Part shown: positions 17,821 to 25,025 of the stretch, one piece after another
How positions within the stretch are numbered: the first letter of the stretch is position 1
Layout of the letters: each line of letters begins with the position of its first letter
From: Promethearchaeota archaeon
Lineage (GTDB): Archaea; Asgardarchaeota; Odinarchaeia; Odinarchaeales; JBHLKK01
Assembly (NCBI GenBank): GCA_048939465.1
Contig: JBHLPL010000006.1
Span: 1 to 32,000, forward strand
Direction of reading: 5' to 3'
DNA: 32,000 nt
Translations under genes and position numbers: made by a program
The notes under the pieces: model-generated
What the model saw: the letters and a program-made list of their open reading frames with translations, nothing else
Database searches by the model: none
What the model was told of the DNA's origin: nothing

Positions 17821-18080
17821 GAGTTACTCAAGACTCCCTAAAGAGCATCCTTCTCCCTGCTTCATGCGTTTGAGGACACTTCGGCTTCAAAGAGATGAGG
17901 TTTCTGTACTGCTAATCCAGGGCTACACAGAAGGGCAAAACTTCTGTCTGATTCTCCGTACACTGTGTATCAGGCACTTACGTAGCTCTGTCAGGGGGAA
18001 ATACCGTCAAGACCTGTGTTCTCAGATTGTGTCTTGCGCTCATGCCGCTGATCAAAGCTCCTCTTGCGAGTACCTTACCC
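17821..18080 (-). ncRNA. Candidate structured non-coding RNA (~260 nt), family unassigned
   Basis: TTTAAA box 29 nt upstream (18109-18104). Nested helices CAAGAC/GUCUUG, ACAGAAG/CUUCUGU, CUGAU/AUCAG, CAG-GCUAC/GUAGC-CUG, a long-range GGUAUUUC-CCCUG/CAGGG-GAA-AUGCU helix and 5'/3' end pairing. G-U pairs favour the minus strand; no credible ORF. Confidence 0.55.
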
Positions 18081-18208
18081 AAAACCTAATTACCGAAAAA
18101 TCATTTAAAGGTACCGCAACTCACTCTTTGCCTCTCGAGTTAAGAACGTTTGCGGAGAATGTAGTAAGGACTTCGCAATTCAGTTAGAGGATCACTGTAT
18201 GCCTTCAT

Positions 18209-18820
18209 CTACACTGTTGCTCTTCTTGCCCGAGGAATCCTTTCAAGCTTTCTCTTCAGTCTTTCGAAATTAGTCCTCAGCTTTTCCAGAAGGGCATCAG
18301 CATTATCAAACTCCTCATCTATTATTGCTCTAAGGAACTTATTGACTTCAGAATTATGCTTTCTTGAGTTATAACCAATTAATTCGAGAATAGCTTCAGT
18401 TCTATCCAGTGAGGATCTACAGCCTTCAGTCACTTTGTTAATCACTGAAAGATTCTTTTCCATTTCTGATGTAAGTTCTCTGTCTTGTTCCATAGCGCTT
18501 AGTGTGTATTCAAATCTCGGCAATACGAAGAGTCTTAATTTTGACTTCAGATCTTCCTTGCTTTCTAAGGTCTTGTATAAGACTTCCAATACTGATTTTG
18601 CATAGCAACAGACTTCTTTCCTCGCTTGTATCCACTTCTCAAGCGCTTTCAAGGCGACTAATGCTTCGGAGAAGGTTTTTATGAATTGATCAAGTCTGAT
18701 TTCCATAATCGGACTTTCCGACTTTATAGGATCGGGGAAATTCAGAAAAATAAAGGATGTGCCATCCTTGATCATTCTGCGGAATTCCGATAATCTTTCC
18801 ATGATGGACTCTTTGCTCAA
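18209..18820 (-). CDS. Hypothetical helical protein
   Basis: 203-aa ORF, amphipathic helices, GGGGGG SD-like site before TTG. Confidence 0.75.
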   Translation of the reverse strand: MSKESIMERLSEFRRMIKDGTSFIFLNFPDPIKSESPIMEIRLDQFIKTFSEALVALKALEKWIQARKEVCCYAKSVLEVLYKTLESKEDLKSKLRLFVLPRFEYTLSAMEQDRELTSEMEKNLSVINKVTEGCRSSLDRTEAILELIGYNSRKHNSEVNKFLRAIIDEEFDNADALLEKLRTNFERLKRKLERIPRARRATV

Positions 18821-19006
18821 CCTTTGTTCCCCCCAAAAAACGCTGACATTTCTTGGACTAGACCCTATTATCTTAAGCTAGACTCTAATATATTTATCGA
18901 TATTAGTGATCATCTCCTTCTTTTAGAATCATTATTTGTCAAAAGTCGATCTTTGACCAAAAACAAGGTCTCTTAAGCCAAGTCATGATTCCGGACGAGG
19001 ATCCGA

Positions 19007-20296
19007 TTACTCATCCATTAGCCTAGACCATAAAGCCACTAACTCTCTTGAGATATTCCGATGATCTTCACTGTAGATCTTAAGAGCTTCTTCACCCTTT
19101 TTGCTCAAGAGCAAAAACCTCTGATGGTTCCCGTCCCCCTCAGGATCCGTAAAGGAGATAATGTACTTCAGTCTTTCGAGTTTCTCAAGAACCTTCAAAG
19201 TCGTATTAATGTCCGTCGTGGGGGCAACACGCTCAAGAGTTGAGCCAGGATAATCAAGCAATGATTGTAGGACTTCAACAGCAAGAGGTAGTTCGTCATC
19301 TGCGAAGTCCTCATCCAGTAGGATTCTTCTTATTCGCATTGTGCTGTCCGAATATGGTTTCATGGGATCGATTCTATGGGTTGGTGCGTAATCACTAATC
19401 TCTCTTTCGGTTGTTTCCCGGAGGGCTAGGTCCGTTGAAAGATGAGAAGGGGACCGTCGCTTCTTGGAAGACACATTTGATGTTAATGATGAAGCTATCG
19501 GACCCTCTGTAATCAAATTCGCAACCTCGGATTCTCTCAGAGCGAGATCAAGACCAGTCTCAGAGTCTATTCCACCGCTCATAATTCCCGATCGCAGGAC
19601 TTTGATTAGGTTGTCTCGATCAATTCTGCGAACTTCGCACTCTGGAAATGATGTATGAATGGAAGTCTTCACTATAAACATATTTTTCCGGACTTCTTCG
19701 GCCAGTATTGCGCACTTCTCTTCGAGGTTTAAAAAGCCCTTCATATTCTTGTGGACCGCAATTAGCACCTTCACATTCCAATAATTTTCATGCAGCTTGA
19801 GATAGTTGAGTCTGTCATGGTTGACTCGATCCTCTGATGGATTTTGAACCAAGATATACGTTAGTGATATGTTCTCGTCATGAAGAGTCTTCAGAACACC
19901 ATCAAGATCTCCTCTGAAGCCCTTTGGGACCATTTTGAGAGCAAGGAATCCTAAGGCAGTTATTGTAGATTCCTTCTTTGTTATAACTACGTCATCATAG
20001 TTTCCGTAAAGATAAAACTGAATGCCTTTTAGGACATCTATTTCTTTCAGTCTACCCTGAGTTTCTCTTCTTACATTTCTAAGTCTTCCCACATCATAGA
20101 GCTTCTTCTTTGCTCCTTTGGCAAGTCTTTTGAGTTGACTGTAATTCAGCGCAACCATTGTAACTGCCATTGGTATAATGAAAAGGAATAGTGTGACAGC
20201 TGTGTTACTTGCAAGGAGTAGAATAGCGTTTAGTGCAATGAATCCAACCACCAGGAGAACGATGAATTTAATGATCCCTCCAGATAGAACCTTCAC
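19007..20296 (-). CDS. Membrane-anchored protein with a C-terminal winged-helix-like domain
   Basis: Two N-terminal hydrophobic helices; C-terminal VLEKLERLKYI...LLSKKGEEAL wHTH pattern; GTGA overlap with the upstream gene. Confidence 0.75.
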   Translation of the reverse strand: MKVLSGGIIKFIVLLVVGFIALNAILLLASNTAVTLFLFIIPMAVTMVALNYSQLKRLAKGAKKKLYDVGRLRNVRRETQGRLKEIDVLKGIQFYLYGNYDDVVITKKESTITALGFLALKMVPKGFRGDLDGVLKTLHDENISLTYILVQNPSEDRVNHDRLNYLKLHENYWNVKVLIAVHKNMKGFLNLEEKCAILAEEVRKNMFIVKTSIHTSFPECEVRRIDRDNLIKVLRSGIMSGGIDSETGLDLALRESEVANLITEGPIASSLTSNVSSKKRRSPSHLSTDLALRETTEREISDYAPTHRIDPMKPYSDSTMRIRRILLDEDFADDELPLAVEVLQSLLDYPGSTLERVAPTTDINTTLKVLEKLERLKYIISFTDPEGDGNHQRFLLLSKKGEEALKIYSEDHRNISRELVALWSRLMDE

Positions 20297-20664
20297 GATT
20301 CAAACTCTCCCAACAGCTTTGTTCCAATATAGATTGTGAACATCCCTGGGACCCCAAAGCCAATAAACCATAGCACTGTTTCAAACATGCCAGATTGAGT
20401 AAATAATCCACCAATGACTCCTGCCATGGCTACCGTGAGAAATCCCACCCCGACGGACGTGATGAGGCTCCCTACAAGCCTATGAACAGGGCTAGTACCT
20501 CGCCTCTCCTCCTTAATCCTAGCTCTTTCCAGCCTATCAAGTAAGTCCAGACAGCTAAGCTTGGAAATAGCATAATCGCTGGAAGACATCTCTCCTTCCT
20601 CATACTTCGAATCAATGAATTTCAAAAGCCTAGCTACCTCTTCTTCCATCACCGAAATCCTCAT
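20293..20664 (-). CDS. Small membrane protein (SHOCT-like N-terminus plus two TM helices)
   Basis: KYEEGEMSSSDY segment followed by two hydrophobic helices; translationally coupled to the next gene. Confidence 0.75.
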   Translation of the reverse strand: MRISVMEEEVARLLKFIDSKYEEGEMSSSDYAISKLSCLDLLDRLERARIKEERRGTSPVHRLVGSLITSVGVGFLTVAMAGVIGGLFTQSGMFETVLWFIGFGVPGMFTIYIGTKLLGEFES

Positions 20665-20906
20665 TCGTTTTAGGTCCCTCTGAGAATAGGGTTTCTTTTT
20701 AAAGCTTGCCAGAATACGTACGAAAAACTGTCAGGAATTTTCAATTCGGGAAAAACGAATCAGAATATTCCTATTTGACAAGAAAGAGACCTATTTGACC
20801 GCAAACGTTAGAATAAGCCAAGCTGGAGGAAATTCGATAAGAACGATTCTGAATCCACCTAAGAAAATTCTCATGCCGCTAAGCAAAAACGCGACAAATT
20901 GCCTAA

Positions 20907-21190
20907 TCACAAATGCCTTGATTCTTGAAAGCTACTGCCTTTGCTCCTTAGTGGGAGTTTTGCCAGCTCTTCCACCCATCAGGCTTCAAGTCCTACGCTG
21001 TTCTTCAGTTCTTTGCACGGAAAACCTTTACAAAGAGTACAGAATCGCAGATTTTTGTCCACTCTTCAACAGCTAAGTATTCTGCAGTTTAACATGTCAG
21101 CGCTACTGCATTCCCGCACCCCCAGTTCATGTAAAACCTGCGGAGGCCGCAGTAGGGCCCGTAAGGCGCTGCCATGGGATCATAACTCAA
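20907..21190 (-). pseudogene. Degraded DUF3795-family Cys-rich gene
   Basis: GGTGA SD then TTG 21190 gives SYDPMAAPYGPYCGLRRFYMNWGCG. A 1-nt frameshift near 21113 continues ECSSADMLNCRILSC*RVDKNLRFCTLCKGFPCKEL...EA*WVEELAKLP. Two in-frame TGA codons and apparent Cys-to-Tyr/Arg changes. Confidence 0.7.
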
Positions 21191-21281
21191 GGGAGTCACC
21201 AATCAATACCTTTGTAGGGGGTACAAGTAAGCTTTTTTACTATGAAAACCATGCTAACAAACTGTATTGAGGAGATTTGTG

Positions 21282-21902
21282 ATGAATTGGCTCGGCATAG
21301 ATCCAGTGGTAATGTTTGAACTGTCCTTGGTGCTTGTAGTTATGGTTAATCCCTTTAGCAAAATGCTACTTGTGAGAATGATTTCTGAAAGATCTGCAAT
21401 GTCTGATAGAGAACTGATTCTTCGCAGTAATCTCGTTGGGTTAGTTATCCTCATCATATTCTGTATTTCGGGAACAGCCTTGTTGCAGTATGTCTTTAAT
21501 ATAGGAATCGACGCGCTGAGGATCGCAGGAGGAATTGTTGTTTTTCTCATAGGTTTTGAATTCCTGTGGAAGGGGGAACTAAAATCCTTTGCAGGGGCAG
21601 AATCAACCTCCGGTTTTGAAGTAGTGCCACTAGGAACACCTCTGATCACGGGGCCATCTGTAATAACTACAACAATTGTGTCAGCAAGTCAGTACGGATA
21701 CCTAACTGTGATACTTGCTGGTATTCTAGCAATAGGCTATAATACAGGTGCAATGTTGATTGGCTCATCAATATCAAGCAGAATAAATCCAAAAATCCTA
21801 GGTGCGCTTATCAGAATCCTAGGACTGTTTACTGCGGCAATTGGTGTCCAAATGATGTTAACCGGTATCAAAAATTACATAGTGACCGAGCTGGTACCCT
21901 GA
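21282..21902 (+). CDS. marC: MarC family membrane protein
   Basis: VMVNPF, LRIAGGIV, VVPLGTPLITGP and RILGLFTAAIGVQMMLTGI; GAGGAG SD. Confidence 0.92.
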   Translation: MNWLGIDPVVMFELSLVLVVMVNPFSKMLLVRMISERSAMSDRELILRSNLVGLVILIIFCISGTALLQYVFNIGIDALRIAGGIVVFLIGFEFLWKGELKSFAGAESTSGFEVVPLGTPLITGPSVITTTIVSASQYGYLTVILAGILAIGYNTGAMLIGSSISSRINPKILGALIRILGLFTAAIGVQMMLTGIKNYIVTELVP

Positions 21903-21949
21903 CGCTCAGAAGCGAGTATATGACCCGAGTACCTCTCAATTTTTGACAA

Positions 21950-22087
21950 TTATAATAGCATAAGACCAATGATATCAAGCGCATTAAGATTCCTGCTCAG
22001 AAGCATCAAAACGAATATTACAACGAATCCCAGCGATATAACTAACCATATTATGCTATCATCAAAAAGGAAATTTGAGAACATCAT
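21950..22087 (-). CDS. Possible 45-aa membrane peptide
   Basis: MMFSNFLFDDSIIWLVISLGFVVIFVLMLLSRNLNALDIIGLMLL fills the marC-DUF167 gap, with an AT-rich box upstream. Confidence 0.4.
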   Translation of the reverse strand: MMFSNFLFDDSIIWLVISLGFVVIFVLMLLSRNLNALDIIGLMLL

Positions 22088-22145
22088 GGATTCCTATAGG
22101 GTAGTGCAAAGTATATTAATATTCAGTCTTCTAAAAGGTGATGTT

Positions 22146-22370
22146 GTGGCCAGCTTGAGGTACGTTGTTGAAGTCAGATTCCGCAGGAACTACATCAGAG
22201 TGGAGGGAAGTAGTATTTACGTCGGACTTCTGTCAAGACCTGAAAAAGGCAAGGCCAACCTGGAGTTGATCAAGAAGCTTGCCAGATACTTCAAAATACA
22301 TTCTTCTCAAATTAAGATAGTCTCTGGGCTAAAATCAAAAAGCAAGATAATAGAAATAACCGACGCATAG
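22146..22370 (+). CDS. DUF167 (YggU/UPF0235) protein
   Basis: PEKGKANLELIKKLARYF...IVSGLKSKSK; GGTGA SD before GTG 22146. Confidence 0.9.
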   Translation: MASLRYVVEVRFRRNYIRVEGSSIYVGLLSRPEKGKANLELIKKLARYFKIHSSQIKIVSGLKSKSKIIEITDA

Positions 22371-22390
22371 AAACCTTGACCAATTCGCAA

Positions 22391-22410
22391 AAGGAAAGGC
22401 TTATATATAA
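22391..22410 (+). promoter_or_regulatory. Archaeal BRE-TATA promoter
   Basis: AAGGAAAGGC-TTATATATAA, about 30 nt upstream of the SD/ATG at 22429-22442. Confidence 0.65.
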
Positions 22411-22439
22411 CGCCGTTATAGTCTTGTTGAGGTCTACGT

Positions 22440-22547
22440 ATGTGTTGTAGAGCTGCTTTGAGATATCAAAAACCTCCCAAGAATGTCGAAAAGGCCAGAT
22501 ACATGGAAGAGAGGATACCGTTCTGCTACAAAAGAAGTAAGAAGTAG
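22440..22547 (+). CDS. 35-aa basic micropeptide with N-terminal Cys-Cys
   Basis: MCCRAALRYQKPPKNVEKARYMEERIPFCYKRSKK; GAGGT SD 6 nt upstream and a TATA box at the expected distance. Confidence 0.55.
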   Translation: MCCRAALRYQKPPKNVEKARYMEERIPFCYKRSKK

Positions 22548-22607
22548 GATAGCACCAATTAGAGGTACTGAATCAGACTGTTGGAAACCTTGGAGGAGTG
22601 ATGAGCT

Positions 22608-22676
22608 ATGAGTGGTTGTTGCCAAGGTAGTAAATCAGGCAAGAAAAAGGAAGATAAGAAGGAAAAGCGGGAATAA
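22608..22676 (+). CDS. 22-aa Lys-rich micropeptide with N-terminal Gly-Cys-Cys
   Basis: MSGCCQGSKSGKKKEDKKEKRE; strong GGAGGAGTGA SD upstream. Confidence 0.55.
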   Translation: MSGCCQGSKSGKKKEDKKEKRE

Positions 22677-22696
22677 GTGGCTCGCGAAGGTAAAGG

Positions 22697-22722
22697 CCCG
22701 TTCGGGGATGTTTTTTCTTTTT
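22697..22722 (+). terminator. Short hairpin plus oligo-T terminator
   Basis: CCC-GTTC-GGG followed by TTTTTTCTTTTT. Confidence 0.55.
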
Positions 22723-22797
22723 CATTTCAAGTAACTTAGAGAACCGCTAATGGCCTCGCCAATGGCTTTAAGATCAGCCAAATAAGGAGGGAATTGC

Positions 22798-23262
22798 ATG
22801 GGTGATTTGAGTCTTGTTGGGAGATGTGGGTTGTACTGTGGTGCATGCGGAATACTCAGGGCATACAAGGACAGAGGAGAGTATCTTCAAAAGGTCGCTA
22901 AATTCCATAAACTACCACCAGAAAAAATAAGATGTGAGGGTTGCCAAGCTCTCACCGCTGACTGTTGGGGATCTAATTGTGAGATCCTCAAGTGCCTAGA
23001 TGCAAAAGGATTCGATTACTGCTATCAGTGCCCAGACTATGATTCAAGGTCATGCGAAAAGTTTGAAAAGTTCGCAGAAGCCTATCTAAAGGAAGACAAT
23101 GTAGATCTCAGAGCAAACCTTGAGAGAATAAAGGCGGGAGACTACGAGAACTGGCTTAAGGAAAGCGAAGAGAGATTCAGATGTCCTAAATGCGGAAAAC
23201 CTTTGTCAACATATAGCAGGATTACCGAGTGTTATCACTGTAATGAGAAACTGTCAGGTTAG
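22798..23262 (+). CDS. DUF3795 Cys-rich protein with a C-terminal zinc ribbon
   Basis: GRCGLYCGAC, CEGC, CEILKCLDAKGFDYCYQC and CPKCG...CYHC. Confidence 0.9.
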   Translation: MGDLSLVGRCGLYCGACGILRAYKDRGEYLQKVAKFHKLPPEKIRCEGCQALTADCWGSNCEILKCLDAKGFDYCYQCPDYDSRSCEKFEKFAEAYLKEDNVDLRANLERIKAGDYENWLKESEERFRCPKCGKPLSTYSRITECYHCNEKLSG

Positions 23263-23310
23263 CGAACCATTCAATCTACTTCTGAAGTTCCATTGTGGGG
23301 AATGACACTA

Positions 23311-24555
23311 ATGCTAAGGCTATTTAATACCCTTACACATAAGAAGGAACCCTTTATCTCGAGAGAAGGTAAGAAAGTAAAAATGTACACTTGCGGCCCT
23401 TCAGTCTATAGACGGCCCCATATTGGGAATTATCGCACTTTTCTCTATGAGGATGTTCTTCAACGATATCTGGAGTATCTCGGCTATAATGTTATCCGGC
23501 TTGTCACTTTAACAGATGTTGAAGACAAGGCAATCTACGAAGCAGAAAACAAGAAGACTGCTCTGGAGAATCTCACACAGAGAATTGCTGAGGTATTCTT
23601 CTCTGAGGAGAAGCTTCTGGGAATCAAACCTGCAGACTTCTTTCCTCGTTCTTCAACTTCGGTCGATCAAGCAGTAGAACTGATTAAGATCTTGATAGAT
23701 AAGGGATACGCCTATTGGCACAAGCATGAGAATAGACTAAATGTTTACCTAGATCCATTGAAGATCAAAGAATTTGGAAAACTGTCAAAAATAGATATGA
23801 ATAACTGGCCGAAGAGTAAACGCCGGTTCCATAAAGACAATTATCCTGGTACCCCTTGGAACAAGGGAGATTTCATACTGTGGCACGGCCATAAGAAGGC
23901 GGACAAAGTATACTGGGATACCGACATTGGTAAAGGCAGACCAGCCTGGAACGTCCAAGACGGAGCCATGGTAACCAAACATCTGGGATTCAGCGTAGAT
24001 ATTGCGTGCGGGGGAATAGATAATCTCGTGAGACATCATGACTACAATATCGCAGTAATAGAAGGAGTCTCAAACAAGGAGTTTTCGCATTACTGGCTCC
24101 ATGGTGAGCATCTGCTTGTGGATGGAAAGAAGATGTCGAAAAGCAGGGGAAATGTCTATTACCCTGGGGATCTCATACAGATGGGATATAGTGAAAAACA
24201 TATACGTTTCTTTCTCATCTACGAACACTACAGAAAGCGATTGAACTTCACAGTTAAGAAATTCAAGAGAATAAGCCAGAGACTGGACAACTTCAGAGAC
24301 ACTATCGGAGATCTGATAAGCGGAGAATCCGGTGAGTCAAGTCAGACAGCAAGAAGTCTTGTCGCCGAGATTATTACTAGTTTTGAAGAGAATATGAACA
24401 ATGACTTGAATGTGAAGAATGGCTTTGATGATCTTCAAAGGATCATCTTAGGACTCAACACATTAAGGAAGAATGGCAGACTTGCAACTGAAGACGCTGC
24501 TGCTGCCGTAGCAAGCCTGCAGAAGATTGATCAAGTTCTACGCGTAATCTTCTGA
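23311..24555 (+). CDS. Cysteinyl-tRNA synthetase-like class I ligase (divergent paralog)
   Basis: MYTCGPSVY..PHIGN, DVEDK, GDFILW and KMSKSRGN are present, but GRPGWHIEC is replaced by GRPAWNVQD and the protein ends after the helical DALR-like domain (414 aa). Confidence 0.9.
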   Translation: MLRLFNTLTHKKEPFISREGKKVKMYTCGPSVYRRPHIGNYRTFLYEDVLQRYLEYLGYNVIRLVTLTDVEDKAIYEAENKKTALENLTQRIAEVFFSEEKLLGIKPADFFPRSSTSVDQAVELIKILIDKGYAYWHKHENRLNVYLDPLKIKEFGKLSKIDMNNWPKSKRRFHKDNYPGTPWNKGDFILWHGHKKADKVYWDTDIGKGRPAWNVQDGAMVTKHLGFSVDIACGGIDNLVRHHDYNIAVIEGVSNKEFSHYWLHGEHLLVDGKKMSKSRGNVYYPGDLIQMGYSEKHIRFFLIYEHYRKRLNFTVKKFKRISQRLDNFRDTIGDLISGESGESSQTARSLVAEIITSFEENMNNDLNVKNGFDDLQRIILGLNTLRKNGRLATEDAAAAVASLQKIDQVLRVIF

Positions 24556-25025
24556 TATTTCGGGGTTAAGCAGAAATGAGAGGTGCTGTGTTTAAACTGA
24601 ATACCTTTCAGATGATTTCCCACCACTGAAATGCAAGCCTTTCGAAGCAGGAATACCCAAGCCTAATGAGAGAGGATCAAGAGTCATCACAAGTAGGACA
24701 GGAATACGAAAGCGGAGAGAAAACACCGTAGAGAAGGTCTACAGATTAGAATACCTCAAAATAAGCAAATAGATTCTTCAAAAAGGCAGCAGAGGCAGCC
24801 TAAGACGAAGAAGATCGTCAGGATTTATACATTTCATGGAATATGACAGGATTAATTCCGATTAATCACGTCTATAGGAACCTCCTGAGAATTATTTCAT
24901 TTTGGCAGGAAAAATAAACAATGTCCAAACCTAAATCTCGAAATCTTTTTAATATTATTCATTATACGAATTAAACGTCATAAAAAAAGATGAATGAGAA
25001 GTACTCAATTCGGGGGTGGAGTAAT

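Noticed and set aside
17821-18080. Assignment of the RNA as RNase P, SRP, group I intron or hammerhead
   Set aside because: GAGGAAAGUCC/ACAGAA..GGCUUA, the SRP helix-8 motif, the P4/P7 cores and CUGANGA are not present in the required order.
17819-18187. 122-aa plus-strand ORF
   Set aside because: No SD or recognisable motif, atypical composition, and it is antisense to the structured RNA candidate.
20907-21095. In-frame TGA at a Cys-like position (SC*R) suggesting a selenoprotein
   Set aside because: The same frame also has a frameshift, a second TGA at a non-Cys position and lost Cys codons, which points to decay rather than recoding.
21098-21171. Three stacked perfect helices (6+6+5 bp) upstream of marC, riboswitch-like
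   Set aside because: It lies inside the 5' coding part of the DUF3795 pseudogene, where TGC/GCA codons favour self-complementarity, and no riboswitch consensus I know matches.
21969-22145. N-terminal extension of DUF167
   Set aside because: The domain and a GGTGA SD begin at 22146; the extension is antisense to a small hydrophobic ORF.
24556-24990. Fragmentary hydrophobic minus-strand frames between the CysRS paralog and lon
   Set aside because: Interrupted by stops and not assignable to any family; it may be a decayed gene but cannot be supported.
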